This document shows, in pieces, positions 1 to 12,286 of a stretch of 45,248 bases of DNA. The notes below the pieces were generated by a model. The model made no database searches and had not been told where the DNA came from. It worked only from the letters and a program-made list of their open reading frames with translations. Each line of letters starts with the position of its first letter. The stretch's first letter is position 1. Made by a program: the position numbers and the translations under genes. This DNA is from Adineta steineri (lineage: Eukaryota). The stretch is from contig CAJNOI010000182.1 of the NCBI GenBank assembly GCA_905250115.1, forward strand, positions 108,962-154,209, written 5' to 3'.

Positions 1-126
1 AAATGAGTTATGGTTCTTTCGATGTATATAGGTGTGTACACATCACTATTCAATATATATATACACATTTATATAATGTATGATGCTTATAAATACAGAT
101 CATATATGGATATACGTTAGTGTTGC

Positions 127-160
127 ATTGATAATGATGATGATGATGATGATGATGACA
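127..160. repeat. (ATG)n microsatellite
   Basis: About 10 direct tandem copies of gatgat.. are visible in the sequence. Confidence 0.8.
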
Positions 161-1101
161 TAGATGATGAACAATAGATGCTGTCAGCCAGCGTAGTAGA
201 GAACAATCACCGTTCAAGGATATATCATTAACGAAGTGATAGCAAAAAAAATGATGCTATATAGCAAAGATGAATGATGGATAAAACGTAGAGGATAAGA
301 GTTGAACAGCCGCTATGTCGATCTGAATTGTATATGCTTGTTTGACTTCGATGAGTGAAAAGATTAAATCAGATGTTTGGTATAAAAAACTAATGAGAAA
401 TGATTTGAATTCTCAAAGATAACAATAGATTTATTTGAGTGATATTGAACGATTAGTAAGTTGTATTTTATATAAATCATTGACAATATTAACTTTAAGA
501 TTTTTTATAGTTAAAAAAAAGAAAAGTTCAAATTTTATTTATGTACTTGAAAATCATCATTTAGAACTTTCGCAATATAAACATAAATCGTATCAATATA
601 ATATAATCGACACTAAAATTAATAAGATCTGTCCTTTGACGATATGAATTTACTAAATATCTTTTCATTGATATGCAATTAAATTATAATTAATTCTATT
701 GATTTTTTTCGTTCTCTCTAAAAATTTGTAACTTTATTATTTCGATATTTATAATGAAATAAAAAAAATTCAAGAATATATTTGACATCCAACTTTCAAC
801 AATGAATCAAATATTGACATGCTATTCGGTTGCATGTCAAAATAAACTGTATAATGGATAAATGATATTTGGATAAAAAATGATGGTTGACTGAATGAGA
901 TGAAAAAGTACGATCATGATTAGACAACAAATATGATTATATAATTTGATGTGTAATACGTCTTTACTATAACATTGATTGAGAATATGTCATAATAATG
1001 GATGATCTATAATAAGTTTTGACTCGGGAGTTTTATGATTAAAAAATTAAATTTTCATAAGGTAAACATTCAATGGAATATGATATTGTTTCCTGTAGAT
1101 A

Positions 1102-1278
1102 CAGTGTTTTATCTAGGTTTTCCTTTGGAGAGTGCGATAGCGATTTTCGGGAGGGCTAAAACCTAATTTCTGAGGCGAAAATACATAGTATAAGCACAAA
1201 AACTGCAATTTTCGGGGGGGGGGGGGGGGAAAATCGTTCTCCGAGAGGACGCCGCTATTGCTGCCCTCTCTCTAGATA
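1102..1278. mobile_element. Degenerate hAT-like MITE with a poly-G core. It belongs to the same family as the element at 10287..10483.
   Basis: It starts CAGTGttttATCTAGG, against CAGTGgcggATCTAGG in the other copy. Both copies have an internal run of 18 G plus ggagag/gcgatag motifs. The right end is eroded, so no clean target-site duplication is visible. Confidence 0.45.
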
Positions 1279-2371
1279 TAGATAACAAACAATATGAGCT
1301 GAAAAATCTTTTATTTCAAATATTCGAGGTATTTTTATCAAAAATAATAAGATGATATTCTTGAATGTATGATGGAATATTTTGTTTTTTTCTCTAAAGC
1401 AGATATGTATACTATTAAATTAAAGTCTAAATAAATTCATGAGTCAATTACTAATAATAGATTCTTTTTTCGATGGTTCTACATGTTTCAAATTCCATCA
1501 GATATATTACTTAACTTGTACATCGAAATGATAAATCTATCATATAGATAAAATTACCCGATTTATTTTTAGCAGAATCTTTATTTAGTGAAATCAACAT
1601 CAAAATTAATGATAATATCGAGGTCATTTATTTAGAAAAATTATTTTTTGCTCATATCATCAATGAAATTATCTTCACTTTTATAATTCATGGTTTATTA
1701 TTAATCCTTATTATGAATAATCATAATAAAATTATACTTAATTGTCATGCTATCTGATACTCATTAAAATGCTACTCGAACTGTGATTGTCGGATATACA
1801 TATCTAAGAATAGTGCATATGAAATGTATATAGTAAATTCAAATTGTTTATTTAAATGCTTGCGAATGTGTTTTATTGAAGTAAAAAAGGAAAAAAAAAG
1901 AACTAAAGTGATAGGTGAGAACATCAATACACTTTAATACGACGGATGATAATGATTTTTTGTAACATCTAAGAATACACACATGTTCATATATAAGACG
2001 AGTCAATTAAAAGAAATTAGGAATGTGTACGTGTCATTTGAAATACAACGAAAGAAAAAAGATTGAATAAGGACATATGTAAGAAAGAAAAGATTTTTTT
2101 TTCTGACTGATTACATCTACTCGTTAATTATCTTTCATTGAAAAAGAGAAGGACGAAAGTTCGATTCTCACAGATTAAGAGATTCTCATCCAAATACACT
2201 CACACACACGTATATATATGTATATTGAGAGAGAGAGAGAGATTTGTTTTGCTTGCATTATATTCAATGAAAAGACGAAAGGGATTTTGTTTTTGAAACC
2301 AAAGAAAAGAAAAGAAGAAAGGTTGTTTTTTAATTTTTTGCTTGAACATTAAAGATATTGGACAGAATAAA

Positions 2372-3360
2372 TCACTTTTGCTCATCATCAACATCTTGAA
2401 CGTCATTGTTAGCGTTCTCATTATCACCAGGCATGTCAGTTGTCCACAATGTGAGGTTATCTCTTAAGAGTTGCATAATTAATGTTGAATCTAAATATCA
2501 ATAGTTTGATAAATTTTTCAATAAAATTAATTCAAACCTTTATATGTATCCTCATTAAGAGTTTCTAACTCAGCAATTGCATCATCAAATGCCTAAAAAA
2601 AAATAGATTGAAAAACATTTATCTTTAGTTAATAGAAAAATTACTTGTTTAGCTAATCGACAAGCTCGTTCTGGTGTATTGAGAATTTCATAATAAAATA
2701 CCGAAAAGTTTAATGCTAAACCAAGTCTTATTGGATGTGTTGGTGGTAATTCATTTTGTGCAATATCATTTGCTTTTGTATATGCAACAAGTGAATTTTC
2801 AGCTGCTTCTTTACGATCTTCTTGTGTAGCAAATTCAGCTTTGTAACGATGATAATCACCTTTCATTTTTAAATAAAAAACTTTACTTTCACCTGATGCT
2901 GCATTTGGTAAAAGATTTTTATCAAGTAAATCAAGAATATCTTGACAAATATCACGTAATTCTTTTTCAATCTAAAAACAGACTGATCGGTTTTTATTGA
3001 CTCAAGGAAAGAAATTAATTCAAACAAACCTGAGAACGATATTTTTTAGTAAATGCTATTTTACTACTCTCTGATTTACTTTCTTCTTTACTTTCAATAT
3101 TGGTAACAATACGCCATGATGCTCGTCGTGCACCAATTAAATTTTTATATGCAACTGAAAGTAAATTACGCTCTTCAACTGTTAATTCTTGATCCATTTT
3201 GGCAACTTTTTTCATAGAATCGACCATTTCTATTTGATTAATAAATATTTGTTTTATAAAATTTTATAAATAAACAAACATTGATTTATTTACCTTCATA
3301 ACGTTCAGCTTGTTCAGCCAATTTAGCTTGATAAACATCATCATCACGTGAAGCAGGCAT
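2372..3360 (-). CDS. 14-3-3 protein (epsilon-like), 5 exons, 255 aa.
   Basis: Exons on the minus strand are 3294..3360, 3030..3229, 2645..2971, 2538..2592 and 2372..2490. All introns are GT..AG and 47-64 bp long. The spliced product is [62 protein letters not shown]...[14 protein letters not shown]...[86 protein letters not shown]... It carries the canonical 14-3-3 signature blocks. Confidence 0.93.
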
Positions 3361-3741
3361 GATTAATAATATATATAACGATTAACTAAGTGAGAATATG
3401 AAGAAAACTGATCAGACAAGTGTTAAATAGGCAGGAGAAATGTTAAACAAAGAACAGTGCTTGTTGACTAGGAACCATATTGTTTCGTTGAACAATTCAC
3501 TCTTAATGATTTGAATAATGCGTAAGAAAATTTAAAGTGAAAAAATAATTGAAATTTCATCAAAAAGTAAACAAACATGAAAGATTATTCCGAAATATTC
3601 ACTTAATTTTTGTAAATGATGTTTTTTTGACATTGACATCTCTAGATGTCAGACGAAGATGAGTCAGGTAAAATATTTCTCTTTGATGTTTCAAGCTTAA
3701 AACAATTTATTGAAAAAGAAAACGGTTGAATTTTAAAACTT

Positions 3742-4673
3742 TCAACATGTTCGATTAGTTCCATTTGGTATATTTTGTTGACATAATGTCTCATAATTTG
3801 TCATATCTTGCGGAGATATTTGTACAGCATCTGAACTAAGACATACTTCTGATCTATTTCGAATATTATGCATATCTAATTCCATTCGAATCATATGACC
3901 AAATTTATATTGTGGTTCGTATGGTTTTGAATAACCATTTGCTGTAAATTGATTACATTGAAAACCACAACGATTGTATAATTTTTGTGCTCGACAATTT
4001 TCCCAATTTGTATGTAATTGTATATGCGTAATAGGAGGTTTAGTATCTTTAAACTAAATAAATGAAACAGTATAGAATTTTTTATCTTAAAATATATTTT
4101 ACCATTTCGTTTATAAATCGATTGAGAAGAATTGAACCTAATCTATACTGTCGATGGTCACGTAAAACACTTAGAAAACATATATATGGATATGGCATAT
4201 TTGGACTTGGATATTTCATTGTTCCAAATAACATAGCACGCCATTCTTCTGGATGATCAACAGATGATAAAGCAAATATAATTGGACATGATGGAAGAAA
4301 TTGTTCATAATTTGATTTATTAACAAGTGATACACGAAGAAAATCACCGAAAAGTTTATACTGTTGTGCTGGATTTCTTTGAGGAAGAACATTTAATTGA
4401 TATAGTTCGTATCCACCTGGATAAACTTTTGTATTTACACGTGTATAATGAATATGTATTGGGTTATCTATAAGATAATGTTATTTTTTCATTCTATGAT
4501 ATTATTATTAGTAAACTTATACTTTTCTCTAATTTATTTTTAAGTAAAAATATTGTTGTAATAATAATAATAGTCAAAACTAATAATGTGATAGCAATAA
4601 TGATCCAAATATATTGATTTTTATACCATTTTCTTCTTTCAACATTCTCTACTAATTCTAATGTAGATTTCAT
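3742..4673 (-). CDS. GNAT-family N-acetyltransferase-like protein with an N-terminal transmembrane signal anchor, 3 exons, about 275 aa.
   Basis: Exons are 4523..4673, 4103..4467 and 3742..4053. The N-terminus is MKSTLELVENVERRKWYKNQYIWIIIAITLLVLTIIIITTIFLL, a type II membrane anchor. The C-terminal part contains VLRDHRQYRLGSILLNRF, which fits GNAT motif A (R/Q-x-x-G-x-G/A/S). ...HIQLHTNWENCRAQKLYNRCGF resembles GNAT motif B. The family assignment rests on motifs only. Confidence 0.55.
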
Positions 4674-5259
4674 ACAAACTTATAGATTATAATTGAAACA
4701 GAATGTAGCTTTATGGTTAAATATTCACGCGCAATAATTTTTCTACTACAAAAAAAATCATATACAAAAACTAAAAGTAAAGCGAGAGAGAAAGATTTTA
4801 ATTATTTGTCTTTAAATAATATATGATATAAGCTATTAATATTATATCTTTAATCATTATTATTGTCTCTCTTTTCATTTGTGAATAAAAATTGTTTGGC
4901 CTATTATCAATGATCAATCATAATAATACAACAACAAAAACAAAAGAATTATAATACACAAAGCAATGATAAATGAGCTGACAATGAAATTATAAAAAGA
5001 AATTTGATACACTTGTATGAGTATATTGTATTATTATTTGAAATGAATTTCTCTAGCAAGATAAAAAGAAAAGTTTATTATTATTTTTTTTTCTATCTGA
5101 ATTTATTCTTGATAAATAAAAGATGAAATTTTTTTTTCTTCTACAAAATGAACGAATAATAATGAAACACAAAAGAAAAAATCAAATTATTAATCTGACT
5201 GAATAGTTTAAAGGAGAATGTTTTGTTGTTTTTAAAGTTTGTTTAAAATGATATTATTA

Positions 5260-5746
5260 TTAATAGACGAGTTGTTGAGCCATTGGATGATACATTTGGG
5301 GTTGACTTTGAAAACTATTTGTTGGTGTACCAACTGCATTACCAGCAGCCATCATTGGCATACCACTTGGAATCATTCTACCTTGTTGCATCATTGGACG
5401 ATAACCATAAGACATTCCTTGATGTGCTGGATACATATATTGTTGAGGAATATAACTTGATGGTAATGGTGGAACTGATTGAGCGGCCATTTGAGGCATA
5501 GATGATTGCATTTGAACAGGTCGATACATTATTTGCTGCTGTACTGGTTGTTGTTGCATCATACCCATTTGTTGCATTGGCTGCTGTTGCATGACACCCA
5601 TTTGTTGCATTGGTTGTTGTTGCATGACACCCATAGATTGTACTGGTTGCTGCTGCATGACACCCATCGATTGTACTGGTTGTTGTTGCATGACGCCCAT
5701 AGGTTGCATTTGTTGCTGTTGCATTTGTTGTTGTTGCATTTGTTGC

Positions 5747-5780
<34 letters not shown>

Positions 5781-6736
5781 GCATTTGCTGTTGTTGCATC
5801 ATACTCATAGGTTGTACTTGTTGTGATGCTGGCATCATCATCATTGTTGTTTGCGGAACATTGGATGACATTTGTGCCGATGGAGTATATTCAAAACTTG
5901 ATCCTGAAGAAAAACTCGGATCATTATCATTTGTACGATATACTCTTGGTCGTCCAGTCGAACCTGCAATTGAATGGGTTCGATAGGTATGACCACTTGT
6001 CATAAGACCATTTGATATTGAAGGTAATCCATTACATGGATTGCCATATGGTGAACCTGGTTGACTATAACCACTACGAAGTGGACGGTCGACTTTGATA
6101 ACTCTAATGATAGTTAATATTTGTTTGATTAAAATAAAAGAATAAGAAGAAAAATTTACCTTGTTCGAACAATTGGTGGTGGTGCTTCTTCTTGCATTTC
6201 TTTTTGAATTATACGTGGTGGTGGTGTACGTGGTTGTTCAATAACACGTTCAACAATTTCCTGAGCTTGTGGTCGAATAATAACCTAATCAATTAAAAAT
6301 ATAAAACTATTCTATTCTAATCTATTTTATAATATTGAATGCATACCCGTTCCATAACAGGTGCTTCAGGTGTTGGGGCTCGTTCAACGACTCGTTTAAT
6401 AATTGGTGGTGGTGTTGGTGCTCGAACAACATCACGCGGACATCGTTTTTCACGTGTAATCATTCGACCACGATATTCATAGTCATCATCACTACAACTA
6501 TCTGATGAAAATGATCCTGGTGAATATGATCGACTATTAAAAATATTCAAGAATAAATTTTATATGAAAAAAAAATAGACAATTAATTACCGTCGTCGAC
6601 GATGATCATATCCATTTGTTGAGAGACTGGTAGGATATCCAGCAGATAACATTGATGGATCAACACCATAACCGTTAACGCCAGGTGTTGCACCTACAGT
6701 TGATGTTCCATTTGGATAAACATAACGATAGGACAT
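5260..6736 (-). CDS. Gln/Met/Pro-rich low-complexity protein (prion-like), 4 exons, about 433 aa, function unknown.
   Basis: Exons are 6591..6736, 6347..6533, 6160..6284 and 5260..6103. The N-terminal region (MSYRYVYPNGTS..., then RAPTPPPIIKRVVERAPTPEAPVMERVVIRPQAQEIVERVIEQPRTPPPRIIQKEMQEEAPPPIV) is ordinary sequence. It is followed by a long MQQQP / GVMQQQPVQSM repeat array and a poly-Q tract of 20, encoded by (TTG)n on the plus strand at 5700..5790. Confidence 0.6.
5700..5795. repeat. (TTG)n/(CAA)n trinucleotide tract, coding (poly-Gln).
   Basis: The run of ttgttgttg... lies inside exon 4 of the Q-rich gene. Confidence 0.85.
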
Positions 6737-7572
6737 TTCTTTTTTGATATACACACTCGAACAAAGTGATGTGTTTGTATTAATGCGAAGAGAATGTTAT
6801 TGAACAGATCAGTACTTTCACTTGTTGACCGTCTCCGTTACGCTTCAATTCACCGTATACACCTAGAGATAATGATCATTTATATGAAGAGAAATATGCT
6901 CATACCAAAAGAAAATATCAAGAAGACGAGACGATGACCTCCTCGTATCTTTCTATTATTCGTTTTATATATATCAACACGACACAAGGTGAACATATGA
7001 ATGTTTTTATTCATAGATAAATCAAAAAGAAAAATATTGAACTATTCGATACATTCCTTTCTTTCTTTCTCTTCTTCATTCTAATATCAATATTTTTCAC
7101 AATCTATGTCAAAACTCAATTTAATTTTGATATTATATAAGATACCAAAGAGGTCACGGTTAATAATGATAATAATAATAAAATATCATATGTAGAAGAT
7201 AATGGCATATACTCAATCATTGCTTTTTTGTTGGTTTTATGATTGATTATTAAATACATATAATAAGCATTGTATCATTCTATTAATAGAAATGCTATTT
7301 TTCATAACTATAAAAATATATTTCTTTCTATAAGCATTTAAATTAATAGATTTGTTTTTTTGTAAGTTTTTTTATTTGTAGAGAAGAAAAATTTGGAGAT
7401 AAAATCCCATCTCATGGTTCTATTGTCCTTATTCATATTATCCAATACACACGTAGAATAGAAATTCTATACACACACATATACATTGATGTAGTAGAGA
7501 ATTCAAAAATGAAAAATAAAATGTGTGTGTTTATGATAATATTTTATATAAATATTTTTTTTTTGCTTTATT

Positions 7573-7887
7573 CTATTCCACACTTCGTTTACCGAGACCG
7601 GATGCAAATTTAACTGATGCTAGTCGTTTGCCCAAGCCTGAAGCGAATTTTGCCGCTGCTAAACGTTTGCCAAGACCACTAGCAAATTTAGCTGATACTA
7701 ATCGTTTTCCAAGTCCACTAGCGAATTTGGCTGCAGCAAGACGTTTGTCAACATCAAAATCTTCTGAACTTCCATCATCTCCTTGTTCATCACTATGTAC
7801 GATTAATGTTGATTCAACGATAGTATTGAAATAGAAAAGAAATAGAACGGTGAGAAGACCAGCAATAAAAACGAATTTTGTCTGCAT
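7573..7887 (-). CDS. Neuropeptide precursor (104 aa) with a signal peptide, an acidic spacer and four copies of an x-x-x-x-KFASGLG unit separated by dibasic KR sites.
   Basis: It is a single-exon ORF: MQTKFVFIAGLLTVLFLFYFNTIVES (hydrophobic signal) + TLIVHSDEQGDDGSSEDFDVD + KR-LAAAKFASGLG-KR-LVSAKFASGLG-KR-LAAAKFASGLG-KR-LASVKFASGLG-KR-SVE. Each unit ends Gly-Lys-Arg, the signature of prohormone-convertase cleavage followed by C-terminal amidation. The predicted products are xxxxKFASGL-amide. The four 39-nt DNA repeats differ mainly at synonymous positions. Confidence 0.7.
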   Translation of the reverse strand: MQTKFVFIAGLLTVLFLFYFNTIVESTLIVHSDEQGDDGSSEDFDVDKRLAAAKFASGLGKRLVSAKFASGLGKRLAAAKFASGLGKRLASVKFASGLGKRSVE

Positions 7888-9904
7888 AATTTGTTCGTAA
7901 TAATAAATAATAGAATAATATTGATGGAATATAGATGTTAATATTAATTGCTTAATAGAAACTGAAAGAAAAATAAATGAAAATTTAATTCTAAAATTTA
8001 TTATCTACAATCAACGTCATAAGAAACAACGAGATATTAATATAGTCACAAAAAAGAAATGCTCAAAACACTCTCTGCCTGAAGGGATAACATAGAAGTG
8101 GCACAATAAGACACACTCACTCTATAGATTTTGGAATGTGTATGTGTCAGCAATAACGATATATGAATAAAGCGTGTTCGACACCAATTTTTTTTTTTGC
8201 ATAGAACTTCTATATGTCGGTTTCCGCAAAGATAAACAGCTCTACACTTTCTCTTCTTCTCTCTTCTCCTCTTCTCTCTCTCTATCTTATTCTTTTTTTT
8301 TTATTCTTGTTATAATGAAAAGCAACAACAACAATAACAGCTAAAGGGTACCATATGAATTGAATATGAACGTCTCAACAATCGACACTAGTTCTGTTTT
8401 ATTTGCCCTCGTCCGTTCATCTCCTTCAAGCTTTTCATGTTCATTAGAATCATTATAAGACATGTTCAGACAAGTGCAAACATCAAGAAAAAAGAAATTG
8501 TGTTCAAGGACAGATGATACCTTACATAAATATCCGAACTGATTCAATCAATGATTTATACATATAAATAAAGCTACAAATTTTTTAGTAATGAATGACT
8601 AAAAATAGTTAACAAAGCAAAAGATTGATTTTTCATACAAAAGAATAATATAGAAAATGTCGAAGGATCTCTTAATCAAAATACTGGAATCTATACAATA
8701 CATTGAATTGAACTACATATGAAAGAGTTCGAAACTTGTTATTATTTGTTCGTATTATATTATTATTATTATTTGATGAATTACAATAAATATATCGACT
8801 ATATGAGAAAATTTCATATTTTCTTCGAATTTGTTTTCATATGATTACGTCACTATTCGTAGGAGGAGTGCATAACTTACCTTTACTGTCAAAACATGTC
8901 AAAAATGCACTTCCTTTCGGATTAAGACTATCGGAAGAAATCAAATATAACTGTTTACATGTATTTTCTTCAAATGAGACAGACAGCAAAGCAAGAAAAA
9001 AAAACATATTGTGATCTTTTCCTTTTTCTATACTGCAGTTTTGATTTGAATCTATTTATATAACAGCACAAATTTGAATGATTATATAGAGAAACATTCA
9101 TTGTTCATTAGATAGAAGAATAAATGTAAAACTCTACTATTATTTCTTGTTACTATTCTATCAATAATTAGAATATGCAATGCACATGTCAAAGAACTAC
9201 TCCTCTGGCTTTGCTCGCCTGATCTATTTCATAAAATATTGATCATGTAGATAGTTGCAACAAAAAAGGAAATTAAAGAAAACAATTATATTCTTCTGTT
9301 ATTTTTTCGTTCATGATCTTTCTTTATGAATCATGATACTTCAATTCGATATAAATATTTCATTAGATTTTTAAATAGAATCAATACTTGTTGAATTGAT
9401 TTTTTTTTGTTTATTAGAATATTTTCATTCAATTGTACAAAATGATATTACAGAAAATAATTAGTAAAATTATATTATTTAGCATGAATATTGTTTACGG
9501 AAGGGGAAAATTATACGGTAGATAGAATTTTTCTATTTCATATTCATTATTATTATCATCATCAATTTTGTTCTTATTTTTATTTTCATGTTACATTAAA
9601 TAACTGACAAAATGTAGAGTTAAATTCAAATCTATGGAATCTATCTTACACTCAATCAAGGTCTTTGTAGCATAGTTTATATGAGAGACATGACTTTATC
9701 AAAAATAATCTCATTAGATACAACTACTGTTAACTCAAGAAAATTAGTTAGATATAAGAGTATTTTCGAGTATGAATTGTTAGAATAGCTTTTATTCATT
9801 GCCTTGATGTTCTTCATACAACTAAATTTTAATTGTAGATTTCAGTTGATGTTATTAGATTCTTCTATATGAATTAACTTATAACAGTTTAATTATCTTT
9901 TCGA

Positions 9905-9933
9905 TAATAATAATAATAATAATAATAATAATC
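9905..9933. repeat. (ATA)n microsatellite
   Basis: ataataataataataataataataata. Confidence 0.8.
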
Positions 9934-10286
9934 TATTTTTTTCCATCACATTCATGAATGACATTGACATGTACTCACAATCAATATTACGTGGCCAGAC
10001 ATTCTACTTTCAAGAAAATCTATTAAAAATTGCTATTTCGATATTGAGGATTATGGCATATGCTTACTTTAAAATTCTCATATTATCTAATAAATTTGAT
10101 ATATTTTGCGACAAAATTTACAATAGAGTTTCATATTAAGATGCAATAAAATAAAAATAAAAGGTCAAAGGTTTCCGAAAATAATACTTGTATTAATATT
10201 CAAATTTCAATATCAAGTAGTAATTCTATAGTTTCAACGGAAGTATTGTTATTTATTAAACATTCAGAAATAATATAAACAACTAT

Positions 10287-10483
10287 CAGTGGCGGATCTA
10301 GGATTTTGGATAGGAGAGGCGATTCCTGAGCAGGGAAGTGGGCAATTTCGGCTAAAAACTATCCTTGAATCCAATCGAAGTACTGTGAACCTATTTTTGC
10401 TGTAAAAAATCAAAACAAATTTCTGAAAGGGGGGGGGGAGCGATAGGGGCGGTCGCCCCCCTCCCCCTCTAAATTCGCCACTG
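10287..10483. mobile_element. hAT-type MITE, about 197 bp, with an 8-bp target-site duplication.
   Basis: The terminal inverted repeat is CAGTGGCG...CGCCACTG. It is flanked on both sides by the identical octamer ACAACTAT, at 10279..10286 and 10484..10491. Internally it has a palindromic G/C tract, ggggggggggagcgataggggcggtcgcccccctccccc. There is no ORF. Confidence 0.7.
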
Positions 10484-11406
10484 ACAACTATATTTATAAT
10501 ATTTTCTCATTTATTTCTGTCTGATTTGTTTCATATTTTGTAAAGTCGTACAAGAAATTTTATCGAAAGTCAAGTTAATAAGTACTTTCAATGAAATACT
10601 AATGTAGAGCATAAAATGAAACTGATATTTAAATATCACTCTAATCCTAAGAATAAATTTTCATAAAAGTTATTTTTATCACTCTATTCATTATTAGTGG
10701 CTATAAATATTAATGATTATCAAATTTCTTTTAATTATCTATCCATTATTTTTTTTCTTCGAAATTTTTTCAGTGCAAATTATAAAGAAAGAAAAAACCT
10801 ATTTGCATATGATTTGACTTATGCTAAAATCAACATATCAATGATTAAAAATAATAAAATCGAAATTGATTACGTATTGACTTTTTTTTATTGAAGGTTA
10901 TTTCCAAAAACAAACTTGACTACGATGTATAGCAGCAAAATATTCCCATATAATACACCCCACATACATCATAATGAGTAATAATATTGTTATTGTATGT
11001 TTGGCTTTTATACAAAATCTCACCTATGTGTCATAGGAAAAATCTATTGAAATAAAAATTTTATACCAATTAAAATAAATAACGATATTTGACTTCATTT
11101 TTCTTTGCATATATATATAATAGTTGACATTTCTATATAATCAATAAATATATTTACTAACGATTATTAAGTTGTCGATCATTTTTATGAAAGAAAAATA
11201 ATCTTTAACACATTCGTACAAAAGAACAGAGTGAAAAAAATAAAAATTCCTACAAATTTTTTTTCTTTTAACGTGCAAAATAAAATATAACGAAATATTG
11301 ATTTTTTTTGTCAGTGAAGTAAAAAGACATGAAATAGAAGTCACTTGACAATTGAATAGCAAATTGAATTAATACCTTTTTTTTCTCTCTCATTATATTA
11401 TAGAAT

Positions 11407-11844
11407 ATGGACTTAACATTGGCCAATTCGAAGGCAACATTTGATAATTTATATCCATCAATTGGATCACCATTTTCTAATACTAATACACATGATATAC
11501 TTGTTATTATTGGTTTAATTACAGTATGTATAGTTTTATTTGTATTAGTAATACAATTTTTTTTACAAGTACGTAAAAAATACCGAACTATTGATTCAAA
11601 AATACAATGTAAAAAATCTCCTCGGTATCCCGAAAATTATTCATCGTATCAAAAACTATCAGACTGTAAATGTTTTCAATATTCATGTCTTCCAAAATTT
11701 CAATGTGTTAAACCAACTTGTCAGGTATCACATCAATCTTCATATTACAAACAGATAAATGAAAAACAAATAAATAACTCTATATGTCGAGTGTTTGCTT
11801 CTAATCATATTTCTTCATGTACTCGTATTCATACTGTAAAATAA
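11407..11844 (+). CDS. Hypothetical small single-pass membrane protein with a Cys-rich C-terminus (145 aa).
   Basis: It is an uninterrupted ORF. It has a hydrophobic segment ILVIIGLITVCIVLFVLVIQFFL followed by a basic stop-transfer RKKYR, and a Cys-patterned tail (CKCFQYSCLPKFQCVKPTCQ). I recognise no homology. Confidence 0.3.
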   Translation: MDLTLANSKATFDNLYPSIGSPFSNTNTHDILVIIGLITVCIVLFVLVIQFFLQVRKKYRTIDSKIQCKKSPRYPENYSSYQKLSDCKCFQYSCLPKFQCVKPTCQVSHQSSYYKQINEKQINNSICRVFASNHISSCTRIHTVK

Positions 11845-12286
11845 ACTATTCCTATCTTTTATTCCAGCACTCAATTAAGATTTCTTTTTCTTATTGCATT
11901 ATATGCATGAATGAAAAAAGAAAATGAATTATTATCTAGATTCGATAATATATTTATCATATCATTGTCTTCGAATACAATTGAAAGATAATGATCTGTG
12001 CAAATAAATGTAGATTAGGTTTGTATTGATTGTATTACATATTGAATAGCTAATGGCAAAATATGAAATTAGTTTCTTACTTTTGTTTTTTATTTAATTA
12101 TATTTTCTCCTTTTTTTTATTATTATTTAAGATTTAATATTCTCAATGATGCACAGGGTAATGTCTTCGTCTTGTTACTTGACGGAGTATCGCACTAGTG
12201 AATTCATTGAATACAATATAAATAGAAGAAATATTTTTTTTTTAAGAAAAGTGGTCTTTTCTTTGATGGTATTGTTGTTGGATAAT

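Noticed and set aside
2148-2168. tRNA-like T-arm motif (aGTTCGATTCtc).
   Set aside because: The preceding about 60 nt cannot form an acceptor stem or D and anticodon arms. It is an isolated motif match in AT-rich DNA.
5506-5986. Plus-strand ORFs encoding His/Leu-rich and Cys-rich polypeptides (5506..5826, 5591..5986).
   Set aside because: They are alternative-frame and antisense read-throughs of the (TTG)n/(CAA)n tract of the minus-strand Q-rich gene. They show no splice logic or start context.
7523-7834. Plus-strand 103-aa ORF overlapping the neuropeptide gene.
   Set aside because: It is the antisense frame of the tandem peptide repeats, and its periodicity is inherited from the minus-strand gene. 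The minus strand has the signal peptide and GKR logic.
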